A stretch of 64,000 nt of DNA, taken from NCBI GenBank assembly GCA_035633755.1, contig DASQEH010000054.1, positions 14,503-78,502 of the forward strand. The letters are read 5' to 3'. Source of the DNA: Nocardioidaceae bacterium (GTDB lineage Bacteria > Actinomycetota > Actinomycetes > Propionibacteriales > Nocardioidaceae). The position numbers and the translations under genes are program-made. Below are positions 47,554 to 56,879 of the stretch, piece by piece; positions within the stretch are counted from its first letter, which is position 1, and every line of letters starts with the position of its first letter. The notes beneath the pieces are model-generated. The model saw only the letters and a list, made by a program, of their open reading frames with translations, searched no databases and was not told the DNA's origin.

Positions 47554-49083
47554 TCAGCCCTGAGCCGCCACCCGCCGCACCGTCTCAATCGTGTCGGCCT
47601 CCGCCGCGCTCTTGTCGTCGCGATATCGGAGCACACGGGCGAACCGCAGTGCCATGCCGCCCGGGTACCGGGTCGAGCGCTGGACGCCGTCGAAGGCGAT
47701 CTCCACGACCTGCTCTGGCCGCAGATGCACCACATGACCGGCTCGGGAGGTCTCGAGAGCGAGGAAGCGCTCGGTCTGCCAGGCAAGCATCTCGTCGGTC
47801 ATCCCCTTGAATGTCTTGCCCAACATCACCAAGCTGCCCGTGTCGGGGTCGCGGGCACCGAGGTGGATGTTGGACAGCTTCCCCGTGCGGCGTCCGCTAC
47901 CCCACTCCACCGCCAGCACCACCAGGTCCAAGGTCTGGCGTGGCTTGACCTTGACCCAGGCGGCCCCTCGCCTTCCGGCGTCGTAGGGCGCATCGAGTGA
48001 CTTGACCACAACGCCTTCCTGGCCGGCGGCCACGGTCGCCTCGAAGAAGTCGCGGGCCTCGTCCGTATCCGCCGTCACGATCCGGGCCACCCGGCTGCCG
48101 GGCGGGGCGGCGAGGTCCAGTCGGACGAGCCGCTCTCGCAGCGGAAGGTCGATCAGGTCCTCGCCGTCGACCGAGAGGATGTCGAAGAAGAAGCAGCTGA
48201 CAGCGTCGGTCGCCACCGGATTGCTCGACTCGCTAGCGGTCCGGGCCGCCGTCTCCTGGAAGGGCCTGGGTCGACCGGTCGGGTCGAGGGCGAGGGCTTC
48301 GCCATCAAGGATCAGCCGGTCGGCTGAGCTGCTGCGTACGACGTCGACGACCTCGGGCAGCCGGTCCGTGATGTCATCCAGGCTGCGGGTGTAGAGCCGT
48401 ACGTGGCTGCCGTCCTTGTGTGCCTGGATCCGGATCCCGTCCAGCTTCGCGTCGACGCTCACAGGGACCCCTGCTCCGAGCTTGTCGAGAGCCGCCGTGA
48501 TGTCGGGGGCAGTGGAGGCCAGCATCGGTCGCACTGGTCGCCCGACCTGGAGGGTGAACGCCTCGACAGCCGCACTACCTCCTGCCAGTGCCGCGACCGC
48601 CACCGGACCGGTCGCGCCGCACAGCATCACCGCTCGGCGCAGAACCGTGAGCGGCACAGAGGACGCGACGGCGACGGCGTCGATCATGGCCGAGTCAAGG
48701 GCTCCCTGGCGGATCTCGGACGAGATGAGCCGGCGCAGGAAGTCCTGCTCGACCGCGGTGGCTCGCGCGAACAGGGAGGCGAGGGCTGCCGTGCGTGAGC
48801 CGGCCGAGCCCTGACCGCTGAGCTCGCTGATGTGCTGAAGTACGGAGTCCACGTCGGTGAGGGTGAGCTCGGGCTCATCCGTAGGCGCCGGCAGTGCACG
48901 CAGCGACGCCCATCCGATTCCGGTGCGGCGCTGGCGTACCTCTCCGGACAGATAGGCGACGACGATCTCTACGTCGTCGGGCGTGGCGCGGCGGAGCAGC
49001 TCGACCAGCGCCGCGCGCTTGGCCAGCCGTGAGCGCGTCGACGCCACCTGTGCCGAGGTGGCGACCAGTGCATCCAGGAGCAT
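47554..49083 (-). CDS. ligB: ATP-dependent DNA ligase (LigB type)
   Basis: Adenylation motif I VDAKLDGIRIQ, then LDGEAL, EGVVVK, AWVKVK and an OB domain. ATG 49083. I reject the track extension to 50256. Confidence 0.9.
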   Translation of the reverse strand: MLLDALVATSAQVASTRSRLAKRAALVELLRRATPDDVEIVVAYLSGEVRQRRTGIGWASLRALPAPTDEPELTLTDVDSVLQHISELSGQGSAGSRTAALASLFARATAVEQDFLRRLISSEIRQGALDSAMIDAVAVASSVPLTVLRRAVMLCGATGPVAVAALAGGSAAVEAFTLQVGRPVRPMLASTAPDITAALDKLGAGVPVSVDAKLDGIRIQAHKDGSHVRLYTRSLDDITDRLPEVVDVVRSSSADRLILDGEALALDPTGRPRPFQETAARTASESSNPVATDAVSCFFFDILSVDGEDLIDLPLRERLVRLDLAAPPGSRVARIVTADTDEARDFFEATVAAGQEGVVVKSLDAPYDAGRRGAAWVKVKPRQTLDLVVLAVEWGSGRRTGKLSNIHLGARDPDTGSLVMLGKTFKGMTDEMLAWQTERFLALETSRAGHVVHLRPEQVVEIAFDGVQRSTRYPGGMALRFARVLRYRDDKSAAEADTIETVRRVAAQG

Positions 49084-49089
49084 GGCGAC

Positions 49090-49112
49090 ATTGTGGCGCG
49101 CGGTGCCGACAT
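49090..49112 (-). promoter_or_regulatory. RecA-NDp-like promoter of ligB: ATGTCGGCA-N8-CACAAT, ATG 6 nt downstream
   Basis: Read on the minus strand. TGTCGG is in the same register as in the uvrB promoter, and the -10 fits xAxxxT. Confidence 0.4.
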
Positions 49113-49281
49113 CGAGCGGGACGGTCGCCTCGTCGCGTTTGCGTCGGGCGAAGGTCGCCGGTGTCGGGCCCCTGATCGAGCGCAGTGGGACACCGCTCAA
49201 CCCGAGGTCCTCCTGCCGGACGACGTGCCCGCGGTGCCGACGGCTCGGCGGGCATGTTGTCGCGTACGTCAGACCGGTCCG

Positions 49282-49304
49282 CCGTCGGCCCCGCCCGTTA
49301 GCCT
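49282..49304 (+). promoter_or_regulatory. RecA-NDp-like promoter of the alkA-like gene: CCGTCGGCC-N8-TAGCCT, GTG 7 nt downstream
   Basis: GTCGG is in register. The TAnnnT -10 lies 7 nt before the chosen GTG at 49312. Confidence 0.35.
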
Positions 49305-49311
49305 TGGCTGG

Positions 49312-50241
49312 GTGACGAGCCAGGGAGCCTCCGCGGTACGCATCTGGCGTCCTGGCTGGCCGTGCGACCCGCATGACGTGCTGCGCCCGCTGCGACGCGG
49401 CAGCGGCGACCCTAGCCTCGTCTTCTGGCCCGGTGGGGTGGTCTGGAAGTCGGCGATCACCCCTGACGGCGCGGCGACGCTCCGCATCGCCCCTCGTTCG
49501 TCGGCCGGCGATGTGGTGCTGGAGGCGTGGGGGAGTGGTGCCGACTGGATGCTGGATCAGGCGCCTCGCCTGCTTGGTGAGGACGATGACGTCAGTGGGT
49601 TCGCATCGAGCTACCCCCGGGTGCGCGCTGCCTGGGGGCGCAACCCGCACTGGCGGGTGGCTCGCTCCGGCCTGGTTCTCGAGGCACTCGTCGCCGCGGT
49701 GATCGAACAGAAGGTGACCGGGAAGGAGGCGTGGTTCGGGTGGCGCAGGCTGCTGTACCGGTTCGGAGAACCGGCGCCCGGGCCGGCAGCAGCAGGTGGC
49801 ATGCGGTGCATGCCTGACGCGAGCACCTTGGCGCACATCCCCTCCTGGGAATGGCTGCGCTGCTCCATCGACGGCGCCCGATCGAAGACCATCGTCCGAG
49901 CCAGTCGCGTCGCGGCGGGGCTGGAACGCACGCTGGGCCTCGAGCCCGCGGACGTGGAGGCGGCCCTGCGGGCGGTTCCCGGCGTGGGGGTGTGGACCGC
50001 CGCAGAGGTGCGTCAGCGTGCCCACGGTGATGCCGATGCGGTCAGCTTCGGCGACTACCACGTCGCGGCACACATCGGCTGGGCCATCACGGGCGCTGAG
50101 ATCGACGACGACCAGCTCGCAGACCTGCTGCGTTGCGAGCGACCGCATCGGTACCGCGTCCAGCACATCGTCACCACGCGTCTGCACGGGCGGCCCCGCC
50201 ACGGCCCTCGGATGGCCCCTCGCCGCCACCTGCCCGTATGA
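49312..50241 (+). CDS. DNA-3-methyladenine glycosylase 2 (AlkA-like, HhH-GPD) family protein
   Basis: VRIWRPGWPCDP.. N-terminal domain, and HhH motif LRAVPGVGVWTAAEV followed by the catalytic-Asp region GDYHV. The GTG 49312 start is provisional. Confidence 0.75.
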   Translation: MTSQGASAVRIWRPGWPCDPHDVLRPLRRGSGDPSLVFWPGGVVWKSAITPDGAATLRIAPRSSAGDVVLEAWGSGADWMLDQAPRLLGEDDDVSGFASSYPRVRAAWGRNPHWRVARSGLVLEALVAAVIEQKVTGKEAWFGWRRLLYRFGEPAPGPAAAGGMRCMPDASTLAHIPSWEWLRCSIDGARSKTIVRASRVAAGLERTLGLEPADVEAALRAVPGVGVWTAAEVRQRAHGDADAVSFGDYHVAAHIGWAITGAEIDDDQLADLLRCERPHRYRVQHIVTTRLHGRPRHGPRMAPRRHLPV

Positions 50242-50912
50242 CGGCGTTCTTTCCACTGAGCCGAGGGGAGGGCCGGTGGCTGGTCGGATGCGTCCTCGCG
50301 CTGGCCATCCTGTCCGCCGATGTGGTCAGCGGTGGTCCGCTGACCGCCTTCGACACGATTCTTCGCGACCGGGTCCAGGGTGATCCTGCGTCGGCGCCGC
50401 TCTGGCTGCAGCTGCCCAGCGATCTCGGCGGCATCGGGGTCGGGTCAGCGGTCATCCTCGTGGTCGCACTTGTGACGGGGCAGAAGATCTGGCGCTTCTG
50501 GCCGGTCATCTTCGCGGTCGCCACGCTCGCCGTTCTCGAGCTTCTCGTCTACGTCTCGAAGAGCCTGATCGCGAGGCCCGGACCCGGGGAGCGTACGGAC
50601 CTCTCGAGCTACCCCGGCTACTTCCCCTCCGGGCACGCGGCTACGTCAGCGGTCGCCACAGGAGTCGTGATCTTCCTGGCCTTCGTCTGGACGTCGACCC
50701 GCCGGCTGGACACCGCGTCGCTGGCCGGGCAGGTGGGCGCCGTGGTGATGGGCTTCCTCGCCGTACTTCGGGCCCTGGTCGAGGACTTCCACTGGCTCAC
50801 CGACGGGATCGCCGGGGTGTTGCTGGCGTCCATCGTGTTGACCCTGAGCTTCGCCGCCGCCCGACGGTATGTCCAGGTCACAGGTCGCCGGAGCCCGCTC
50901 CCGTACCCATGA
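50238..50912 (+). CDS. PAP2 superfamily phosphatase (membrane)
   Basis: PAP2 motifs KSLIARPGP, FPSGHA and FHWLTDGIAG, with about 6 TM helices. ATG 50238 overlaps the upstream stop (ATGA). Confidence 0.8.
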   Translation: MTAFFPLSRGEGRWLVGCVLALAILSADVVSGGPLTAFDTILRDRVQGDPASAPLWLQLPSDLGGIGVGSAVILVVALVTGQKIWRFWPVIFAVATLAVLELLVYVSKSLIARPGPGERTDLSSYPGYFPSGHAATSAVATGVVIFLAFVWTSTRRLDTASLAGQVGAVVMGFLAVLRALVEDFHWLTDGIAGVLLASIVLTLSFAAARRYVQVTGRRSPLPYP

Positions 50913-50921
50913 GCGACGAGT

Positions 50922-50944
50922 TTGTCGGAGGGTGCCCGTAGGCT
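50922..50944 (+). promoter_or_regulatory. RecA-NDp-like (PafBC-type) promoter of uvrB: TTGTCGGAG-N8-TAGGCT, ATG 6 nt downstream
   Basis: 8 of 9 match to the remembered mycobacterial motif tTGTCRgtg-N8-TAnnnT. Leaderless geometry. Confidence 0.55.
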
Positions 50945-50950
50945 CGAAGC

Positions 50951-53056
50951 ATGAGAGCTCTCACCGATCTCGCTCGCACGGTGGCCCCCTTCCAGGTGAT
51001 CTCCGACTACGTCCCGTCGGGGGACCAGCCGGCCGCCATCGCCGAGCTGGAGCGCCGCATCAACGGCGGTGTCAACGACGTCGTACTCCTGGGTGCGACA
51101 GGAACCGGCAAGACCGCCACCGTGGCATGGCTGGTCGAGCGGGTGCAACGGCCCACCCTGGTCATGCTGCCGAACAAGACACTCGCTGCCCAGTTCGCCA
51201 ACGAGCTGCGCGAGCTGCTGCCCAACAACGCCGTTGAGTACTTCGTCTCGTACTACGACTACTACCAACCCGAGGCCTACGTCCCGCAGACCGACACCTA
51301 CATCGAGAAGGACTCTTCGATCAACGAGGAGGTCGAGCGGCTCCGGCACTCGGCCACGTGGTCGCTGCTCACTCGCCGCGATGTCATCGTCGTCTCCACC
51401 GTCTCCTGCATCTACGGTCTCGGGTCAGCCGACGAGTACATGAACCGCATGATCCACGTCGAGGTCGGCGCCGAGACCGACCGGGACGGCTTGCTGCGCA
51501 AGCTGGTGCAGGTGCAGTACGCCCGCAACGACCTGGCGGCAACCCGCGGCACCTTCCGCGTCAGGGGAGACACCCTCGAGGTGTTCCCGGTGTACCAGGA
51601 GCTGGCCATCCGGGTGGAGTTCTTCGGTGACGAGATCGAGCGGCTGATGACGCTGCACCCCCTCACCGGGGAGGTCCTGAGTGAGGAGAAGGAGCTCTAC
51701 ATCGGCGCGGCGACCCACTACGTGACCGCGCCGGAGCGGATGGAGCGAGCCATCGCCGGCATCGAGGAGGAGCTCGAGCAGCGGCTCGCCGAGCTGGAGC
51801 GCGGTGGGCACCTGCTCGAAGCGCAGCGGCTGCGGATGCGCACGGCCTACGACATCGAGATGATGCGCCAGATCGGCACCTGCTCCGGTATCGAGAACTA
51901 CTCCCGTCATACCGACGGGCGCGCCCCCGGAAGTGCCCCGAGCTGCCTGCTCGACTACTTCCCCGAGGACTTCCTGCTCGTGCTGGACGAGTCGCATGTG
52001 ACCGTGCCACAGATCGGTGGCATGTACGAGGGCGACATGTCCCGCAAGCGGACCCTGGTCGAGCACGGCTTCCGGTTGCCCAGTGCGATGGACAACCGGC
52101 CGCTTCGCTGGGAGGAGTTCCTCGACCGGATCGGCCAGACGGTGTACCTGTCGGCGACGCCTGGGCCCTATGAGATGTCGCGCGTGGAGGACACGGTCGA
52201 GCAGATCATCCGCCCTACCGGACTGGTCGACCCCGAGGTCATCGTCAAGCCGACGAAGGGACAGATCGACGACCTCATCGCCGAGATCCAGCAACGGACC
52301 GAGCGCGACGAACGCGTCTTGGTCACGACGTTGACCAAGAAGATGTCCGAGGACCTCACCGACTACCTGCTCGAGAGCGGCGTGCGCACCCGATACCTGC
52401 ACAGTGAGGTCGACACGTTGCGCCGCATCGAGCTGTTGCGCGAACTGCGGCTGGGTCAGTACGACGTCCTGGTGGGCATCAACCTGCTGCGGGAGGGTCT
52501 CGACCTGCCGGAGGTCTCCCTGGTGGCAATCCTCGACGCTGACAAGGAAGGGTTCCTGCGGTCAGGCACGTCGTTGGTCCAGACGATTGGTCGGGCCGCA
52601 CGCAACGTGTCCGGGCAGGTCATCATGTACGCCGACCGCATCACGGACTCCATGGCGCGCGCGATCGACGAGACCAACCGGCGTCGCGCGAAGCAGGTGG
52701 CCTACAACGTCGAGCGGGGCGTCGACCCTCAACCGCTGCGCAAGCGCATCGCTGACATCACCGACATGCTCGCGCGAGAGGACGCCGATACCGCGCAGCT
52801 GCTCGGAGGCGGCGGTCGACAGCAGTCGCGAGGAAAGGCACCGGTGCCGGGCCTTTCCAGCCGCGACGCCGGAACGTTCGCGCGCGATCTGGCCGGGATG
52901 CCGTCGCGAGACCTCGCGGACCTGATCCAGCAGCTCACCGACCAGATGCATGTCGCAGCGGCGGAGCTGCAGTTCGAGGTGGCGGCCCGGGTTCGTGACG
53001 AGATCGCCGAGCTCAAGAAGGAGCTGCGTCAAATGGTGGAAGCCGGGGCGCGTTAG
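50951..53056 (+). CDS. uvrB: Excinuclease ABC subunit B
   Basis: GATGTGKT, beta-hairpin [14 protein letters not shown], helicase motifs, and a C-terminal UVR domain ([20 protein letters not shown]). Confidence 0.97.
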   Translation: MRALTDLARTVAPFQVISDYVPSGDQPAAIAELERRINGGVNDVVLLGATGTGKTATVAWLVERVQRPTLVMLPNKTLAAQFANELRELLPNNAVEYFVSYYDYYQPEAYVPQTDTYIEKDSSINEEVERLRHSATWSLLTRRDVIVVSTVSCIYGLGSADEYMNRMIHVEVGAETDRDGLLRKLVQVQYARNDLAATRGTFRVRGDTLEVFPVYQELAIRVEFFGDEIERLMTLHPLTGEVLSEEKELYIGAATHYVTAPERMERAIAGIEEELEQRLAELERGGHLLEAQRLRMRTAYDIEMMRQIGTCSGIENYSRHTDGRAPGSAPSCLLDYFPEDFLLVLDESHVTVPQIGGMYEGDMSRKRTLVEHGFRLPSAMDNRPLRWEEFLDRIGQTVYLSATPGPYEMSRVEDTVEQIIRPTGLVDPEVIVKPTKGQIDDLIAEIQQRTERDERVLVTTLTKKMSEDLTDYLLESGVRTRYLHSEVDTLRRIELLRELRLGQYDVLVGINLLREGLDLPEVSLVAILDADKEGFLRSGTSLVQTIGRAARNVSGQVIMYADRITDSMARAIDETNRRRAKQVAYNVERGVDPQPLRKRIADITDMLAREDADTAQLLGGGGRQQSRGKAPVPGLSSRDAGTFARDLAGMPSRDLADLIQQLTDQMHVAAAELQFEVAARVRDEIAELKKELRQMVEAGAR

Positions 53057-53161
53057 GCGTCCCACAGGTCATCATGCATAAGTTGGGCACCCATCGCGCG
53101 GCCTTCTGGTGTGTCCCTGATTTTGTGACTGGTATGTAGCCCTGAGACACTTGCCCGGCGT

Positions 53162-53326
53162 GGAGGGGAGTATCCCTTCGCAGTGGTGCCGTCATCACGG
53201 CAGGCAGTCAGTACTGTTCGGCTGTGTGCCCGGTTCCGCTGGCTCGGTCGTCCGCCGAGCGGGAGAGACCTCCGGGCTCGTTCTTGTCGACGTCCCATGA
53301 CGCGGCGAACCAGAGGATCCCGGAGG
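53162..53326 (+). promoter_or_regulatory. Putative yybP-ykoY (Mn2+) riboswitch plus SD-sequestering expression platform
   Basis: 5' GGAGG-GGAGUAU (53162-53173) and 3' hairpin-GGGAGAGA-CCUCC (53245-53273) reproduce the remembered P1.1/L1 layout (AAAGG-GGAGUAG ... hairpin-AGCAAGA-CCUUU). CCUCCGGG (53269-76) is also perfectly complementary to the SD region CCCGGAGG (53319-26). The downstream gene is TerC family. Confidence 0.55.
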
Positions 53327-53333
53327 ATGAAGC

Positions 53334-54356
53334 ATGGATGTAGCCCCTTGGGTGTGGTGGACGACGGCTGTCGTGACCATCTCATTCCTCCTCGTCGACG
53401 TCGTGATCATCGGCCGCCGGCCGCACGAGCCGTCGATGAAGGAGGTCAGCCGGCACCTGGCTTTCTACATCGCCATGGCGGTGCTGTTCGGCTGTGGTGT
53501 GCTGATGTTCGCCGGTCCTCAGTACGGCGGGGAGTTCTTCGCCGGCTGGTTGACCGAGTACTCGCTGTCCATCGACAACCTGTTCATCTTCATCATCATC
53601 TTGAACCGGTTCGCCGTGCCACGCGAGCTGCAGCAGTCCGCCTTGATGGTGGGCATCGTGTTGGCGCTGATCATGCGCGGCATCTTCATCGCCGTCGGAG
53701 CCGCCGCCATCAACAACTTCAGCTGGGTCTTCTACATCTTCGGTGCCTTCCTCATCTACACGGCGTGGAAGCTTGCCAAGGAGGGTCCTGAGGACGAGGA
53801 CGAGTACGAGGAGAACCGGCTCATCAAGTGGGTCGAGAAGCGCTTCCCCGCCAGCAGCGAGTTCAACGGCAACAAGCTGTTCGTGAAGGAGCAAGGGAAG
53901 ACCCTCATCACGCCCATGTTCATCGTGATCGTGACGCTGGGCACGACGGACCTGCTCTTCGCCCTCGACTCCATCCCGGCCATCTATGGCCTGACCAAAG
54001 AGCCCTACCTGGTCTTCACCGCCAACGTCTTCGCCTTGATGGGCCTGAGGCAGCTGTACTTCCTCATCGGCGGGTTGCTCGAGCGGCTCATCTACCTGTC
54101 CTACGGGTTGGCGTTCCTTCTCGGCTTCATCGGGGTCAAGCTGGTGCTGCATGCGCTGCACGAGAATGAGCTCGGTTTCATCAACGGCGGCGAGCACGTC
54201 TCCTGGGCACCGGACATCCCGATCTGGCTCTCACTGCTGGTCATCGTCGGGACTCTTGCCGTCACGACCGTGGCGAGCCTGGTGATGGAGCGCCGGATCA
54301 GCGCCGCCGAGCGCGACGCACGGACCGGACCACGCCGCGACCTCGAAGACGGCTGA
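53334..54356 (+). CDS. TerC family integral membrane protein (Alx/MeeF-type putative Mn2+ exporter)
   Basis: WLTEYSLSIDNLFIF, the second repeat LFALDSIPAI, and about 9 TM helices. Confidence 0.9.
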   Translation: MDVAPWVWWTTAVVTISFLLVDVVIIGRRPHEPSMKEVSRHLAFYIAMAVLFGCGVLMFAGPQYGGEFFAGWLTEYSLSIDNLFIFIIILNRFAVPRELQQSALMVGIVLALIMRGIFIAVGAAAINNFSWVFYIFGAFLIYTAWKLAKEGPEDEDEYEENRLIKWVEKRFPASSEFNGNKLFVKEQGKTLITPMFIVIVTLGTTDLLFALDSIPAIYGLTKEPYLVFTANVFALMGLRQLYFLIGGLLERLIYLSYGLAFLLGFIGVKLVLHALHENELGFINGGEHVSWAPDIPIWLSLLVIVGTLAVTTVASLVMERRISAAERDARTGPRRDLEDG

Positions 54357-54397
54357 ACGAGGTCTACTAGGCCCGAACCGCCTTGGTGCCACGAGGC

Positions 54398-55117
54398 TCA
54401 CCTGGTCAGGCGACCGGCCGCAATCAAGGTGGCGCGTCGGTCGTCGGGGAGTGCCACGTCCTCGACATGAGCACCCTCCGGGGCGTGCAACATGCGGCCA
54501 GGGCCGGTCACAAAGCCCACATGGGTGACCCGCCCGTCGTCCGAGGCGAAGAAGTACAGGTCACCAGGCTCTTCGGTGCCCAGAGGCACCGCTGAGCTCG
54601 CCACGTGCTGCGCATACGCGTCGCGCGGCACGACGACTCCTGCCTCACGGAAGGACAGATGGACGAGCCCTGAGCAGTCCAGCCCGTAGGGACTCAGCCC
54701 GCCCCACAAGTACCGCAGTCCCAGGTACCGACGCGCGTAGCGAGTGATCGCGTCGGCGTCGGCCGGCACTCGTGCCGGCGGTTGTACGACGCCTGTCCCG
54801 AGATCAGGCGTCCTGGTCAGATGGGCGCGCCGTACCCAGCCGGGATAGCCCCGTTGGTCCTTGGGAGAGGGCTGCCAGGAGACGGCCACGTGCGCCCATC
54901 CGTCATCGAGCTCGTCGATGATCTGCACTGGCTCGCCGCGCAATGCTTGGGTCTCGAGCCGCCCGTGAAGGCCGAGCCTGTCGTCGGCGCCCAAGCCGTC
55001 GGTCCATCTGGCCACCTCGGGTTCGTCGGTGAGAGCGGCTGCGTCGATCGGGCGGGGAGCGTCAGGAGCAGTCCACACCGCAGCAACATCGACCTGAACT
55101 CGATGGCGAGGTCCCAC
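54398..55117 (-). CDS. SH3b-like + NlpC/P60 (C40) cysteine peptidase, no signal peptide
   Basis: YLWGGLSPYGLDCSGLV (catalytic Cys), HVGFV (His) and ..MLHAP. The N-terminal region of about 110 aa is SH3-like. The architecture resembles YkfC. Confidence 0.8.
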   Translation of the reverse strand: MGPRHRVQVDVAAVWTAPDAPRPIDAAALTDEPEVARWTDGLGADDRLGLHGRLETQALRGEPVQIIDELDDGWAHVAVSWQPSPKDQRGYPGWVRRAHLTRTPDLGTGVVQPPARVPADADAITRYARRYLGLRYLWGGLSPYGLDCSGLVHLSFREAGVVVPRDAYAQHVASSAVPLGTEEPGDLYFFASDDGRVTHVGFVTGPGRMLHAPEGAHVEDVALPDDRRATLIAAGRLTR

Positions 55118-55120
55118 GAC

Positions 55121-56035
55121 CTATCCGCTGCCCAGGGTCGAGGCCGCGTGGGTCCGGCGCTGCGAGCAGGGATCCTGCTGTCCGCTGTGCGGTGGATCAC
55201 CGACGGAGCGGCCGGCCAGGGCGAGGCTCTCAGCCCAGGCCGCGGCACCAGCAGCCGCGATGATCTCGAGCGCGGCCTGCTCGCCGAGCTCCGAGGACGT
55301 GCACACGGCGACGACGAAGTCCGGCCCGTGAGCTGGATAGACGATCCCGACGTCGTGGGATATGCCCGGCGTCCAACCGGACTTGTGAGCGATCCTCGTG
55401 CCGGGCGGCAAGCCTGCTGGTAGCCCATCGTTGATCTGTTGTGCCAGCAGAACGGAGAGGATCTCGTCACAAGACTGCCGACCAGCAGCCGTTCCTGTCG
55501 CCAGGGCCGAGACGACCAGAGCCAGATCGGAGGCGGTCACCAGGTTCTGCAAGCCTGCGGTCCGTGCGTCGGCGTCCTCGATTCCCCGCACCACGGAGCT
55601 GTTGCCTGCCCCCAGCGACACGAGGACGGCCTGCACCGCTTCGATGCCTACGGTCTCGAGGACGAGGTTGGTGGCCAGGTTGCTGGAGCGGACGAGCGCC
55701 CGGTAGGTGAGCCATCGCAGCGCGACCCGGGTGCCCAGGCGAGCCCAGGGCTCTGGATCGCTGTCGTCGGTGGCGTCCAGCGGGAACCGCCCTGCGCCGA
55801 CGACCGACCGGAACTCGTTGTGGACCAGCACGTCCTCATCCAGGTGCAACCGGCCCGCCTCTGCCTGACGGAACGCGGCTATCACGAGCGCCACCTTCAT
55901 TGTGCTGGCCGCATAGTGCGCATCGTGCTCAGCGTGAGCGAGCCAGGGCGGCTGGCCGACCGGACCAACCAGGAGCGAGAAGGAGCCTGTCACGGGCAAT
56001 GACGCGACGAACGACTCCAGGTGTGCGGGGGACAC
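55121..56035 (-). CDS. Class A beta-lactamase-related serine hydrolase, no signal peptide
   Basis: SxxK as ASTMK, SxN-like SSN, and KTG-like HKSG. It ends 4 nt before the NlpC/P60 gene start. Confidence 0.7.
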   Translation of the reverse strand: MSPAHLESFVASLPVTGSFSLLVGPVGQPPWLAHAEHDAHYAASTMKVALVIAAFRQAEAGRLHLDEDVLVHNEFRSVVGAGRFPLDATDDSDPEPWARLGTRVALRWLTYRALVRSSNLATNLVLETVGIEAVQAVLVSLGAGNSSVVRGIEDADARTAGLQNLVTASDLALVVSALATGTAAGRQSCDEILSVLLAQQINDGLPAGLPPGTRIAHKSGWTPGISHDVGIVYPAHGPDFVVAVCTSSELGEQAALEIIAAAGAAAWAESLALAGRSVGDPPHSGQQDPCSQRRTHAASTLGSG

Positions 56036-56109
56036 CTCGGAATGCTAGTACCCCGCCCCGGCCGGCTGTGAGAACGAATGCGCCAGCCATCACGGATACT
56101 CTTAGCCCG

Positions 56110-56871
56110 ATGACCAAGCTCCTCGCGCTGGCGGCGGTCCCGGTCAGCCTGCTGCTGGCGATCACGGCGCCGGCCCCACCAGCCGAGGGCGGCGTGTCCG
56201 AGGCGACAAGCCCCGTCGCCAGCGCGCGACTGCTCCTGCGTGCCTCGGAGACCTCTGGTCCGGCGGCGGTGGACTCCTCGACATTCCACAACAACGGAGT
56301 CCTCAAAGGCGGGGTCGGGCGGCTGGACGGCGCCTACCGGTTCCACCCGGGGTACCCGCGCGACCGCATCCGGGTGGAGGATCACCCGTCGTTGAGCCCC
56401 GGTCGGCGCGCTTTCGCCTTCGGTGCCGACGTACGCGTGCATCCGAACGCCGTCTGGGAGCACCCGGAGATGGCCGTGGTCCGCCATGGTGACAGCGATA
56501 CGCGCGGTGGGGACTACAAGCTCGAGCTCGAGCAGACGGCCCGCGGGACAGTGGTGGCGACGTGCGTGATGCACGACGGCGTTGGTGGTTTCGGCTACGT
56601 CAGGGGGAACGGCCCCCTCGAGACGATCGACGACAAGGTGTGGCACCGGATCACCTGCTCACGGGACCCTTCCGCGGCGACCATCAGCCTCACCATCGAC
56701 GGCGTCACCACCACGCGGGCTGATCACAAGCTTGGCTCGATCGTGGGGTTCGACCCGGTGCTGATCGGTGTCCACCTGCGGCAAGACGGGGTGCGCCTGC
56801 GGGAGCAGTTCGTGGGACGCATGGACAACATCAGGATCGCCGTCGGCCCTCGATCACTGCCGGGACCGTAG
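56110..56871 (+). CDS. Secreted hypothetical protein, probable concanavalin A-like/LamG fold
   Basis: Signal peptide MTKLLALAAVPVSLLLAITAPAPPAEG. The body is beta-rich and ends ..FVGRMDNIRI, which is typical of LamG-like domains. The family call is weak. Confidence 0.5.
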   Translation: MTKLLALAAVPVSLLLAITAPAPPAEGGVSEATSPVASARLLLRASETSGPAAVDSSTFHNNGVLKGGVGRLDGAYRFHPGYPRDRIRVEDHPSLSPGRRAFAFGADVRVHPNAVWEHPEMAVVRHGDSDTRGGDYKLELEQTARGTVVATCVMHDGVGGFGYVRGNGPLETIDDKVWHRITCSRDPSAATISLTIDGVTTTRADHKLGSIVGFDPVLIGVHLRQDGVRLREQFVGRMDNIRIAVGPRSLPGP

Positions 56872-56879
56872 GACGGAGG

